Positions 49,488-63,260 of a stretch of DNA of 64,000 bases are shown here, one piece after another (positions within the stretch are counted from its first letter, which is position 1; the number at the start of each line of letters is the position of its first letter). The notes beneath the pieces were generated by a model. It searched no databases. It was given only the letters and a program-made list of their open reading frames with translations, and was not told where the DNA came from. A program made the position numbers and the translations under genes. The stretch spans positions 175,648,001 through 175,712,000 of the forward strand of contig NC_086097.1 of assembly GCF_963921235.1 (NCBI RefSeq), in the 5' to 3' direction. The DNA is from Mobula hypostoma (taxonomy: Eukaryota).

Positions 49488-52400
49488 TTAACTTCCAGTA
49501 GTGCCTAAAGCATTTTCCAGAGCCTACATGTAGACATAGCTAAAGGGTATTTTTACCTTTGGAAAATTCGCTGTATCAGTGGCAGGACCCTTTAAACTAT
49601 CTACCAGTCTCTGCTTCTTTATATTGTCTGAAAATTGCCATTCATCTGGTCAGTGAGATGTCTGCTTAGCCTCATACTCTTCTCCATTTGGCATGGGCTT
49701 GACTCCAGAGAATATTTTCAGCTTACAATAACCTTGGATCTCAGCAGCTACGCTGTGGCATTTATCAACCAGTGATGTGACAGCAGAAGCAAGCTCAGAA
49801 TTTAGACGACAATACACACAAAAATGCTGGTGGAGTGCAGCAGGCCAGGCAGCATCTCAGTCTGAAGGACTGAGTCGACTATTTTTATTACATTCATTAG
49901 TTTTCCCTTCATTCCTCAGAAAAGAGAGCAACTTTAACTGAAAATCGTAACCTTCAGCAGCATCCATATCACAGTACTTTAACTATGACACACTTAATCA
50001 CACTGACTTGAACACAAATAAACAGGCTATCCAATCATTATACAGCCATAATACAGCATTCATTCAACATTGAAGTCATAGAAACATCCATCCAAGCCAA
50101 GCCCCCAAAAATGCAACCTTCCAAATGCAGGCTCCTAATGTGTCAGCTAATACTGTGAAAACAAATTAACAGCAATATTATTTGAGAATGAATGGGAATT
50201 ACAATGAAAAAGCCATTTCCAATAAATAAATGCATCTAGGGTAAATATGATTCAGTAAACAAAACATAACAGCCTGAATGTTCCTTTAAAGGAAAATGAA
50301 ACTACCACTTGAATGAACACTGACACACCTATGCAAATTTACCATTCACTAGGAAGCAATATTTTAACTCACACGAGTGTAAACTTAAATTGAAATTGTA
50401 TTGACAAAATATTGTAAACTATAACAAACAAAATAAAGAAAAAGGGCCCATTACACATATATTAGTTATATTGTGCTCATCGTCATTGGAGCTCATTGAT
50501 GGGTAGTCAATCTGGTTTGCTTCACTTTGTATATTCAGTGCCAAACAATTCTGCCTGAAGACACAGTCCAAGCAAAACATCCAAGGACAAGGCATTGAAG
50601 GTCATGTGATAACCAGATAATTAAAATACATTCTCCATGAGACAATTGTCTACGTGAGGATTTTCTGACAGCACCATCTGTCCTTCTAAATGGGTCCTGA
50701 GATCATTCCACCATGTTTTTCACTTATGTTTGTCATCTGTCTCCATTCTTTCATCTCCCTCCTTCTGCCTCCAGAAAATAACTACCCTCAATCCCTCTAG
50801 AATGTTTCAGGACATCTTATTGGCCAAAGTTAACAAGACAAATCCCACTGGCTAATTCAACAAGCCTAACTTATCAATCAATTGAATTACTCATTTATAT
50901 AATGTAATTAAAGGAACACATTGCATTTTGAGAAAATTTGCAGAAAGTGAAGTGTTACTGTATTAATACAATAAAAGGATGGTCTTAAACCAGGGGTATT
51001 ACATAAGCAAAAGTAGATCAATCACTGAGTTTATAGTTCAATTTTGACTTCCCAGCATAAAACATGGTAATTACAATCAAAAATGGGATCTTGACAAAGT
51101 GAAATGAAGAGGAAATTTCTTCCTATGGAACATTCTAGAGACAGGGTAAACCATTTAAGACAGGGATGAGGTGAAAGCACGAGAGACTGCAGATGCTGGA
51201 ACCTGGTGCGACAAATGAGGTAGAGTTTCATCTCCCAAAAGTTTTGAGTCTTTAGAACTTTCTTCCCTAAGGAGAGATAGAAGCAGAGTCTTCGAATATT
51301 TTTAAGCCAGTGTTTGACAAAGAAGAGTGTAAAAGATTACCTAGGAAGGTGAAAATGTGAAGTTGAGGTTAATTGAATTGGTTTATTACTGTCATGTGTA
51401 CTGAGAAACAGTGAAAAACTTTGTTTTGAATGCCATACATCCATACATACAGATTATTTTAATCACATCACTCCGTTGAGGTAGTACAAGGGAAAAGTAA
51501 TAACAGAATGCAGAATAAAGCATTACAGTAATAGGGAGAATGCAGTGCAGGTAGACGATAAAGTGCAAGGCCATAACAAGGTAGATCGTGAGGTCAAGAG
51601 TTCATCTTATTGTACTAGGGTACTGTCCATAGTCTTGTAGTGCAATGGAAGCTGTCCTTGAGCATAATAAGTACATATTTTAAGGCTTTTGTATCTTCTG
51701 CCAAATGGGAGGGGGAGAAGCGTACATGTCTGGGGTGGGTGTGGTATTTATTTATGTTGTCTAGTTTAATGGGGCTGCAAGAAGTGAAGCAAATTACACT
51801 GGGAGAGAATTCAGAAATTATTCCATGACATTCCCATAGACTAAGTCTGTTCCTATAGCTTACACTCTCATAGATCAGTCATGACATTAACAAGTAATGT
51901 AGCAGGCTTCACAAGGTGAGACGTCTATTCCTGCTCCTAATTTATATATGCGTTCTGCCCTTGTTGCATTGGGCATTAGCCTATTTGATGTGCTGATATG
52001 ACCTTGTAATTGTGGCTACAGCTACGGATACCAAAAGCAATGACTGACACCCTGTAATACCCGTGAATTACAAAGTATTTCATTTTGGAATTGGAAATAG
52101 TTTATTATTGTCATATGTACCAAGGTATGGTGAAAAGCTTGTTGTTCATACAGATCAAATTATTACATGGTGCATTGAGGTAGTAAGAGGTAAAGTAAGG
52201 CAACAACAGAATGTAGAATAAAGTGTAACAGTTATAGAGAAAGTGCACTGGAGGTAGACAATAAAATGCAAGATCATAACACGGTAGGTGTGAGGTCAGA
52301 GTCCATCCTTTTTATACTAGGGAACCTTTCAATAATCTTGTAACAGTTGGGTAGAATAAGAATCAAGTTTATTATTACTGACATACTGCATAGTGTGAAA

Positions 52401-53314
52401 TATGTTGTTTTATAGCAGCAGTACAGAGCAAAACACATAATGTACTACATGTTATCATAAAATAAGTACATACTGCAGAAGAGGAATAGAGAGGTAGTGC
52501 TCATGAGTTCATGGACTGTTCAGAAATCTGATAACAGAAAGGAAGAAGTTATTGCTGAAACGCTGAGTGTGGATCTTCAGGCCCCCGTACCTCCTCCCTG
52601 ATAGTAGTAACGAGAAGAAGACATGTCCCAGATGGTTAGGGCTCTTAATGCCTTCGTGAGGCACCGTCTTTTGAAAATGGTGGGGAGGGTTGTTTGGGGA
52701 GGGCAGCTGTCCTTGAGCCTGGTTTCATAATTTACTTATTGAATGATTACCAAATGATTTAGCAGAAATACTCAATTTCAAAATATTTTGAGTTTGAGTG
52801 ATGTTTTAACATTAATATTTATTTTGATTCTGAACATAAAAGGAAGGAATACAAAAGGGGCAATTCCATTAAATGGCAGAAGGAACAAACCATCAGAAAT
52901 ATGATCAAAGGCCCTTGGAACTTCTCAGTTGACACATCCATCTAGTCTTCAGCTTTTATTGATGGATACACCGCATATTAAGATAGTCTGCATTTGGCAC
53001 GCGCTCAGAATAAACAAAGACATTTGAAACTTCGCCAAATTGCTGTGAATTAATTCAGAAGAGACTTTGATGTGGTAATATCAGTGAAACTGATAAAAAT
53101 CAGTTCAGAAAAAACTCAGCTGGTCATGAATCAAGTCATTTGTTTCTGATTTCCTTCTTTTTAAAACCTTATTTGGAATTTCAGTTACCGGATATAAAAT
53201 AGCAGTTAAGTAAAGAAAGATTGCACCTCAACTTGGAAGATGATACGACAGTTGAAGCACTGCAGATTCTGGCCTCCTACCACTGCATTGAGTTCCAATA
53301 GAGTTATATAAGCC

Positions 53315-54760
53315 CAGAAGATAATAGGAGCAGAAATAGGCCATTCAGCCCATCGAGTCTGCTCTGCCATTTGATCATGGCTTATCCATTGCCCTCACAA
53401 TCCCATTCTCCTGCCTTCTCCCTGTAACCTTTTATGCCCTGATGATCAAGAATTGCCAGCCTCTACCTTAAATACACCCAGTGACTTGAACGCCAAAGCC
53501 ACCTGTGGCAACAAATTCCACAGATTCTCAACCCTCTGGCTAAAGAAATTCCTTCTCATTTCCAATCAAAATGGACATTCCTCTGTTATGAGGTTGTGCC
53601 CTCTGGTCCTAGATACCCCATCATACCTGCCAATCTCTAACTGCACTTGAAGATCATCTACCTTATTCCATGTAAGGTGTGCATTCAACATAACACCTTC
53701 AGTCCTGTTTTCGTCTCCCTTTTCGATTTTGTCCCCATTGCAGTGCAACTCATCCCACTGACAGCAATTTTGCCCTGTCTTTTGTCTGTCCTTCCTGATA
53801 ATCTCACTGCATATTGCCTCTGCTTGTATGCCAATTCACTCACCCCCAGCCCTGTCACTTACCCCCCTGCCAAATCAGTTTAAACCCTCCCCAACAGCTC
53901 TAACAAACCTGTCCACAAGGATATTAGTCCCCCTTGTGTTCAGGTGTAATCCATCCTCTTTGTACAGGTCATACCTTCCCCAGAAGAGATCCCAAAGATC
54001 CAGAAAACAGAAACCCTGTCCCCTACACCAGTTCCTCAACCAGGCATTCATTTGCCAAATCATCCCATTCTTGCCCCCAATACCTAGCTCCCTAAATTCT
54101 CTCTTCGGGAGTTCCCCCTTTTCCTACCTATGTCATTGGTGCCGATATGTACCAAGACTTCTGGATGCTCACACTCCCCCCCCCCCATTAGAACGCAGTC
54201 ACCCCAGTCCAAGATGTCCCTGACCCTGGCACCTGGGAGACAACATACCATCTGGGTGTCTCTATCACGTTCACAGAATCTCGTGTCTGCTCTAACTATG
54301 GAATTCCCTATCACTACCGCATTCCTCTTCTTCCCTCTTACCTTTCCGGCCACAGAGCCAGAATCAGTGCCAGAGACCCGGTCACTGCGGCTTCCCCTTG
54401 GTAGGTCACTCTCCCAACAGTATCCATACTTATTATTGAGAGGAAAGGCCACAGGAATACTCTGCACTGGCTGCCCATTTCCTTTCCCTCTTCTGACAGT
54501 TACCCCAGTGCCTGCCTCCTGCAATGTAGGGCTGACCGCCTCCCTTTAGCTCCTATCTGTCACCTCCTCAGTTTCCTGTATGAGCTGAAGGACATCGAGC
54601 TACAGCTCCAGTTCCTTAACCTGTTCTCTGAGGAGCTGCAGCTCGGTGCATCTGGTGCAGCTGTGGTTATCCGGGAGGCTGGAAGTCTCCCAGGATTTCC
54701 GCACAAAGGACACAACACAGCCCATGGAGCCATCCTCCCTACTCTAACTATGTACTAACA
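53315..54760 (-). mobile_element. Internally deleted CR1 (ORF1 and APE start joined to the 3' end)
   Basis: VIGNSIVR..CCLPGARVRD..HIGTND; DGLHLN; then RYDGV|SRTRGHNL fusion near 53610 and a CR1 tail. Confidence 0.8.
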
Positions 54761-55059
54761 GATGAAGAATGAAGGAGAAATATACAAGCCTGTACTCTCT
54801 GAAGCCTGATGAGCCAAAGCCTCCCCACTGGTCCACTCTCACAATGGTTGCTGTTCTTGTCCCTGCCTTATTTTATTGGTCCTTGCTAATGAGTTGCTGT
54901 TTGATTGAGCCAGTGGAATGTACTGAAAGCCTGTGAATGCTCTTTTTAAAAATCTCACTCAAGGTCTTATGAGTTACCTCTCCCGTCTCTCCCTATTCCA
55001 TTGGGCCGCTGGAAAAATGCCAAAAGCCCATGAGCACTCCTTTTTTTCAATCTCAGTCA

Positions 55060-57470
55060 ATTCGCAGACTGTTGCAAGAAACATAAGGTTGTCATAGTAG
55101 GTGATTTTAACCTTCCAGATATTGACTGGGTTTCCCATACTATAAAAGTGTTTGTCAAATGTTTTCAATAACATTTCCTTAATCAGTACATAGAAGATCC
55201 AACTAAAGTGAATGTGATACTAGATCTCCTATTAGGGAATGAGTCAGGGCAAGTGACAGAAGTTTGAGTAGGGCAACACTTTACAACTATGATCTTAATG
55301 CCATTATGAAAATTGATAGATCCAGTGCTTGTGTGAGATTCTCAACTGGGGAAAGACCAATTTCAGTGGTATCAGAAAGTATCTTACAAGTGTGGATTGG
55401 GACAGGTTGTTTTCTGGCAAATGCGTCCTTAGTAAGTAGGAGGCCTTCAAAAGTGAGATTTTGAGAGTACAGAGTTTGTATGTGCCTGACAGAATGAAAG
55501 GCAGTGATAGCAGGTCTAGAGAACCTTGGTTTTTGAGACATATTAAGGCCCTGGTTAAGAAAAAGAAGAGGTGCGCAGCAGGTATAGGTAGGAAGGAACA
55601 AATGAGGTGCTTTAGTGTTCCCTTGCATACTTATGAAATGCAAGAGAATACTAAAGAAAGAAATCAGGAGGGCTACATGAAGACACGAGGTTGGTCTAGC
55701 AGACAAGGAGAAGGAGAATGCTAAGGGCTTCCACAGATGTATTAAGAGCAAAAAAATAGCAAGAGACAAAATTGGTCATCTGGAACATCAGAGTGGCAAT
55801 CTATGTGTGGAGCCAAAAGAGATGGGTGAGATTTGTACTTACTCAGGGAATGGACACAGCCTGTTGATGTGAGGCACTGCAGCACCAGGGTCATGGACCC
55901 TATACAGGTTGCAGAAGGTGTTTGCTATCTTGAGGCAATTAGGGCAGATAAATCCCCGGGGTCCTATGAGGTGTTCCCACAGGCCCTCTGGGAGGCTACT
56001 GTAGAAATTGCAAGGGCAGAGATATTTAAAGCATTGTTAGCCAGGAGTAAGATGCCAAAGGATAGGAGGATAGCTAATGTTGTTCCGTTATTTGAAAAAG
56101 GCTCTCAGAATAGGACAGGAAATTATTAAGCCAGTGAACCTGACATCAGTAGTGGGAAAGTTATTGGAAGGTATTCTAAGAGACCGGATATATAGGTATT
56201 TGGATAGACAGGGACCGATTAGGGATAGTCAGCATGGCGTTGTGCACGGTAAGTCATGTCTAACTAAACTTGTGGAGTTTTTCAAGGAAGTTACCAGGAA
56301 AGTTGATGAAGGCAAGGCAGTTGATGTTGTCTACATGGACTTCAGAAAGGCTTTTGATAAGTTTCCGCATGGGAGATTGGTCAAGAAGATAGAGTCCTTT
56401 GGCATTCAAGATGAGGTAGTAAATAGAGTTAGACATTGACTTCACGGAAAAAGCCAGAGAGTGGCAGTGGATGGTTGCCTCGATGAATGGAGGCCTGTGA
56501 CTAGTGGTGCGCCAGAGGTATCAGTGCTGGATCTGTTGTTGTTTGTCAAATATATCAAGGATCTGGATGATAATGTGGTGAACTGGATCAGCAAATTTGT
56601 AGATGACACCAAGATTGGGGGTGTCATGGACAGCAAAGAAGACTACCAAAGCTTGCAGCAACATCTGGACCAGATGGTAAAATGGGCTGAAGAATGGCAG
56701 ATGGAGCTTAATGCTGAGAAGTGTGAGGTGTTGCACTTTGCGAGGACCGACCAGGGATGGTCTGACACAGTGAGCAGTAGGACACTGAGGAGTGTGGTAG
56801 AACAGAGGAATCTGGGAATAGATGGGTCGTAAAAACACATTTTTGGCACATTGACCTTCATAAATCAATATATTAAGTACAGGAGTTGGGATGTTATGTT
56901 GAAATTGTATAAGATGTTGGTGAGGCTTAATTTCAAGAATTGTGTCCAGTTTGGGTCACCTACCTATAGGAAAGATATAAAAAGATTGTTAGTCCAGAGA
57001 AAATTTACAACGATGTTGACAGGACTTGAGAACCTCAGTTATAGGGAAAGATTGGATTGGTTTCGACTTTATTCCCTAGAACATAGAAGATTGAGGGAAA
57101 ATTTGATGGAAGTATACAAAATTATGAGGGATATAGATAGGGTAAATGCAAGCAGGCTTTTTCCACTGAGGTTGGGTGAGACTACAACTAAAGGTCATGG
57201 GTTAAGGGTGAAAGGTAAAATGTTTAAGGGAAATTTGTGGGGAAGTTTCTTTACTCAGAGGGCAGTGAGAGTGTGGAACGAGCTGCTAGCACAAGTGGTG
57301 GATGTGGGATCAATTTAAACATTTAAGGGAAATTTGGATAAGTACATGGATGGGAGGGGTATAGTTTGGGTACAGGTTCATGGGACCAGGCACATTAATG
57401 GTTCAAAACAATATAGGTGGCCAAAAGGCCTGTTTCTGTGCTGTAATGTTCTATAACTATGACTTTAAAC
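55060..57470 (+). mobile_element. Degenerate CR1 ORF2 and 3' end
   Basis: VDVVYMDFRKAFDK, KFVDDTKIGG, FFTQRAVRVWNEL. Confidence 0.88.
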
Positions 57471-57545
57471 CTATTCCCCTGAATCTTGAGGGTATGTCCA
57501 GGCGTTCTAGTCTTTCATTATTTTATGTTCATATAAGATGGACAT

Positions 57546-60500
57546 GGAAAGCGGCCAGAGCGTGAGTGGGCCAGTGAAGGAGTGGAGCTTTGAGGCTTTG
57601 ACTCGAGAGATTCTGGCAGTTTTGGCAGTTGGTCTGTGCAATCAAGTCAATCAAGATTTGAATAGCTCAGACTCAGCAGAAAGCAGCTGATTGGGCAGTC
57701 GAGGTCAGGTGACCAAACATTTTGAAAAGCTCAAGCAGATAAATAGAGGGATAGCTCAAGCAAAGCAGCCAGTGGAAAGCGACCAGTGAGTGAGTGAGTG
57801 AGTGAGTGGGCCAGTGAAGGAGTGGAGCTTTGAGGCTTTGATTCGAGAGGCTTCGACGAGAAGAGGCGGAGGACAAGCTAGCTCGCAGTTAGTTTTTACA
57901 ATGCCACCTGAGATGGTGATGTGCCTCTCACGTGAGATGTGGCAGTCTTGGGGGAATGCCCCTCTCCCGCAGAGTCACATCTGCCAGAAGTGCATACGGC
58001 TGGGTGATCTGGAAGACCGTGTAAGGAATCTGGAGCAGGAGCTGGATGACCTTCGACTCATAAGGGAGAACGAGGCAGTCATAGATGAGAGCTACAGGGA
58101 GGTAGTCACACCTAGGCTGTCGGAAGCAGGTCGTTGGGTGACAGTCAGAGGGGGGAAAGCGAAGGTGAGCAGACAGGTAGTGCAGAGCACTCCTGTAGCC
58201 ATTCCCCTGAATAATAAGTTTACCGTCCTGGATACTGTCGGCGGAGACGACCGACCAAGTGTGAGCCACGGTGGCAGGGCCTCCGGCACTGAGTCTGACC
58301 CTGTGGTGCAGAAGGGTGGGACGGAGAAGAGGATAGCTGTCATCATTGGAGACTCTACAGTCAGGTGAGCAGAAAGGAGATTTTGTGGACATGAGAAGGA
58401 CACCCGCATGGTTTGTTGCCTCCCGGGTGCCAGGGTCCGGGATGTCTCTGACCGGGTGCACGACATCCTGGTACGAGAGGGAAAGCAACCAGAAGTCGTG
58501 ATACATGTTGGTACCAATGACATAGGCAGGAAGAGGGATGAGGTCCTGAAGTGTGAGTTTTGGGAACTAGGCAGAAGGCTGAAGAACAGGACTTCAAGGG
58601 TAACGTTCTCAGGATTGCTGCCAGTGCTACGTGACAGAGATGATAAGAATTGGAGGAGATGGCAGTTGAATGCGTGGCTGAGGAGTTGGTGCAGGGAGCA
58701 GGGTTTTAGATTTTTAGATCATTGGGATCTCTTCTGGGGAAGGTGGGACCTGTACAGATTGGATGGGTTGCACCTGAACTCGACGGGGAGCAATATCCTT
58801 GCAGGTAGGTTTGCTAGCATGGTTTTGGAGGGTTTAAACTAATTTGCAAGGGGGATGGGACCCAGAGCGATAGAGCAGTGAAAGAAGTGCATGGAGTAAA
58901 GCCAGATGTAACATACAGAGAGGCTTTGAGGAAAGAGAAGCAGAATAAACGGTGTAAAGACAGTAAGGTAGAAGGGCTGAAATTTGTGTACCTCAATGCA
59001 AGAAGCATCAGGAACAAAAGTGATGAACTGAGAGCTTGGATACACACATGGAATTATGATGTAGTGGCCATTACAGAGACTTGGCTGGCACCAGGGCAGG
59101 AATGGATTCTCAATATTCCTGGATTTCAGTGCTTGAAAAAGGGGAGGAGGGGTGGCATTACTGGTCAGGGATACTATTACAGCTACAGAAAGGGTGGGTA
59201 ATGTAGCAGGATCCTCTTTTGAGTCAGTATGGGTGGAAGTCAGGAACAGGAAGGGAGCAGTTACTCTACTGGGGGTATTCTATAGGCCCCCTGGTAGCAG
59301 CAGAGATACAGAGGAGCAGATTGGGAGGCCGATTTTGGAAAGGTGCAAAAATAACGGGGTTGTTATCGTGGGTGACTTTAACTTCCGTAATATTGATTGG
59401 CACCTGATTAGTTCCAAGGGTTTAGATGGGGCAGAATTTGTTAAGTGTGTCCAGGATGGATTCCTGTCACAGTATGTGGACAGGTCGACCAGGAGGAATG
59501 CCATACTAGATCTAGTACTAGGTAATGAACCGGGTCAGGTCACAGATCTCTCAGTGGGTGAGCATCTGGGGGACAGTGACCACTGTTCCCTGGCCTTTAT
59601 AATTATCATGGAGAAGGATAGAATCAAAGAGGACAGGAAAATTTTTAATTGGGGGAAGGCAAATTATGAGGCTATAAGGCTAGAACTTGTGGGTGTGAAT
59701 TGGGATGATGTTTTTGCAGGGAAATGTACTATGGACATGTGGTCGATGTTTAGAGATCTCTTGCGGGATGTAAGGGATAAATTTGTCCCGGCGAGGAAGA
59801 TAAAGAATGGTAGGGTGAAGGAACCATGGGTGACAAGTGAGGTGGAAAATCTAGTCAGGAGGAAGAAGGCAGCATACATGAGGTTTAGGAAGCAAGGATC
59901 AGATGGGTCTATTGAGGAATACAGGGAAGCAAGAAAGGAGCTTAAGAAGAGGCTGAGAAGAGCAAGAAGGGGGCATGAGAAGGCCTTGGCAAGTTGGGTA
60001 AAGGAAAACCCCAAGGCATTCTTCAATTATGTGAAGAAAAAAAGGATGACAGGAGTGAAGGTAGGACCGATTAGAGATAAAGGTGGGAAGATGTGCCTGG
60101 AGGCTGTGGAAGTGAGCGAGGTCCTCAATGAATACTTCTCTTCGGTATTCACCAATGAGAGGGAACTTGATGATGGTGAGGACAATTTGAGTGAGGTTGA
60201 TGTTCTGGAGCATGCTGATATTAAGGGAGAGGAGGTGTTGGAGTTGTTAAAATACATTAGGACAGATAAGTCCCCGGGGCCTGACGGAATATTCCCCAGG
60301 CTGCTCCACGAGGCGGGAGAAGAGATTGCTGGCCTCTGGCTAGGATCTTTATGTCCTCGTTGTCCACGGGAATGGTACCGGAGGATTGGAGGGAGGTGAA
60401 TGTTGTCCCCTTGTTCAAAAAAGGTAGTAGGGATAGTCCGGGTAATTATAGACCAGTGAGCCTTACGTCTGTGGTGGGAATGCTGTTGGAAAAGATTCCT

Positions 60501-61808
60501 AGAGATAGGATCTATAGGCATTTAGAGAACCATGGTCTGATCAGGGACAGTCAGCATGGTTTTGTGAAGGGCAGATCATGTCTAACAAGCCTGATAGAGT
60601 TCTTTGAGGAGGTGACCAGGCATATAGATGAGGGTAGTGCAGTGGATGTCATTTATATGGATTTTAGTAAGGCATTTGACAAGGTTCCACACGGTAGGCT
60701 TATTCAGAAAGTTAGAAGGCATGGGATCCAGGGAAGTTTGGCCAGGTAGATTCAGAATTGGCTTGCCTGCAGAAGGCAGAGGGTGGTGGTGGAGGGAGTA
60801 CTTTCAGATTGGAGGATTGTGACTAGTGGTGTCCCACAAGGATCTGTTCTGGGACCTCTACTTTTCGTGATTTTTATTAACGACCTGGATGTGGGGGTAG
60901 AAGGGTGGGTTGGCAAGTTTGCAGACGACACAAAGGTTGGTGGTGTTGTAGATAGTGTAGAGGATTGTCAAAGATTGCAGAGAGACATTGATAGGATGCA
61001 GAAGTGGGCTGAGAAGTGGCAGATGGAGTTCAACCCGGAGAAGTGTGAGGTGGTACACTTTGGAAGGACAAACTCCAAGGCAGAGTACAAAGTAAATGGC
61101 AGGATACTTGGTAGTGTGGAGGAGCAGAGGGATCTCGGGGTACATGTCCACAGATCCCTGAAAGTTGCTTCACAGGTGGATAGGGTAGTTAAGAAAGCTT
61201 ATGGGGTGTTAACTTTCCTAAGTCGAGGTATAGAGTTTAAGAGTCGCAATGTAATGATGCAGCTCTATAAAACTCTGGTTAGGCCACACTTGGAGTATTG
61301 TGTCCAGTTCTGGTCACCTCACTATAGGAAGGATGTGGAAGCATTGGAAAGGGTGCAGAGGAGATTTACCAGGATGCTGCCTGGTTTAGAAAGTATGCAT
61401 TATGATCAGAGATTAAGGGAGCTAGGGCTTTACTCTTTGGAGAGAAAGAGGATGAGAGGAGACATGATAGAGGTGTACAAGATAATAAGAGGAATAGATA
61501 GAGTGGATAGCCAGCGCCTCTTCCCCAGGGCACCACTGCTCAATACAAGAGGACATGGCTTTAAGGTAAGGGGTGGGAAGTTCAAGGGGGATATTATAGG
61601 AAGGTTTTTTACTCAGAGAGTGGTTGGTGTGTGAAATGCACTGCCTGAGTCAGTGGTGGAGGCAAATACACTAGTGAAGTTTAAGAGACTACTAGACAGG
61701 TATATGGAGGAATCTAAGGTGGGGGCTTATATGGGAGGCAGGGTTTGAGGGTCGGCACAACATTGTGGGCCGAAGGGCCTGTACTGTGCTGTACTATTCT
61801 ATGTTCTA
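57546..61808 (+). mobile_element. Near-full-length CR1 LINE (5'UTR, ORF1 57901-58842, ORF2 ~58878-61748, tail)
   Basis: ORF1 has a zinc-finger-like motif, zipper and SGNH esterase (GDS, GTND, DGLH) with one in-frame stop at 58366. ORF2 APE/RT has ~2 frameshifts and stops at 60747 and 61632. Tail ttctatgttcta. Confidence 0.95.
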
Positions 61809-63172
61809 AGATCCGCCCTCATTCTTTTAAATTCCTCCGTGGTAACCTCATGCCATGGAGATGATATCTATGATTCTGTTTATCTACGCTGGACTAGGGG
61901 CAAGCTTCTCCTGCCTGTGCTGCTCTCCAGTGCTCGCTCAGTGGAAGATAGGCTGGATCGTGTGCATACGTTGGTGCATTCGGCTGTGGACTGCTGACAG
62001 TTTGTTTTTGCCAACAACATTCATGCCACATCAATCTGTTCAATTTCGGGATTTAGGCTATACCTTTCTGTATTCACTGCTCTGTTATATGTGCTTTGTA
62101 TGACTATTGATGCCAGAGGAGAATTGTTTCATTTTGCTGTATTCATCATTATTCATGTATTGTTGAATGATCATTTATCTTGAACTTGTATAATCCCAGG
62201 CATCTTAATGTCTTCTCATAGGCTAATCTTCTTAGCTTCTAATAATTTAAAACATAATAAATCAATTCAGTGATGATGAAGGAAGGGCATTGTACATCCA
62301 AGTCAGTTTGGCTGTGATAGAAAGGAAGGGGAGGTTATGAGTTGCTATGATATTGTGGCATCCTGTTCCTATTGCCCAAGAGATCAACAGTGCTGCCTCC
62401 ATGTTTCATAGATTACTCAAAGTACATTTTGTAGACAGTGCATGGAGACCAAAGCTATCCCTAGGAGAAAGTTCCTGAGGTGTCTAGGCACGTCTCCCCG
62501 CTCCCCGCTCCCCCACCCCCTAACAGAGTGATGGGTGCCTGCAACAGCTGCCCAGGATGGTGTAAGCAGATGTGATAGTAATATTTAAGAAACTTCTTGA
62601 TAGAAACATGAACTTCAGTGATATGGACCATGTGCAGGTACATTGGAATTGGACTGATGTCATGGTTGATAGGGTCATTGTGGACCCATCCCGTGCTGTA
62701 CTGTTCTATGTTGTATTGAATTTAAATGGCATGGTGGGAATCGAACTCGGGACTTTAGATCAATAATGCAGAACAGTAAGTTATCTCGTCTAACACCTTG
62801 GGATGCCTGGGTAAATGCAAACCCAAATCAGGAACTGTCATCGGACGAATGACGGCTCCGTACGCCTGAGCGTCCGGTACCGCCCGACGCTAATCACGTG
62901 CTCGCGCCTCGTCACCGCTGGCCCGGAAAGCGCGCGCCTCTTGCCCTGCTGCGAAAAAATGGAGCGAAGGCGGTCGCGCGTACGTACAGCTGCGGACTAT
63001 CGACGTCAGCGTGCGCTCTGTGAGGTCACGAATTCGCGAGGGTCTCTATGACGACCGGGCCGGTACTCCGCCTCCTCCCTCCATCAACCCGAGGTCGGCA
63101 GGGGAGACGACGTCTCCGGTCGCTGGAAGGCGCCGAGTGTGCGGCTGAACGCTCTCTGCCTTCCCCGGTGGT

Positions 63173-63260
63173 GAGGGGGAGAAGAAAAAGAGGAGGAGGA
63201 GGAGGAGGAGGGGGGGGGAGGAGAAGGAGAAGAAGAAGAAGAAGAAGAAGAAGAAGAAGA
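63173..63260 (+). repeat. 88-nt pure-purine tract with (GAG)7, a G-run and (GAA)10
   Basis: Read directly from the sequence. Confidence 0.95.

Noticed and set aside
57802..58842. Horizontally acquired SGNH/GDSL esterase gene
   Set aside because: It is CR1 ORF1 directly upstream of APE-RT; decayed copies occur at ~23410, ~28260 and ~53880.
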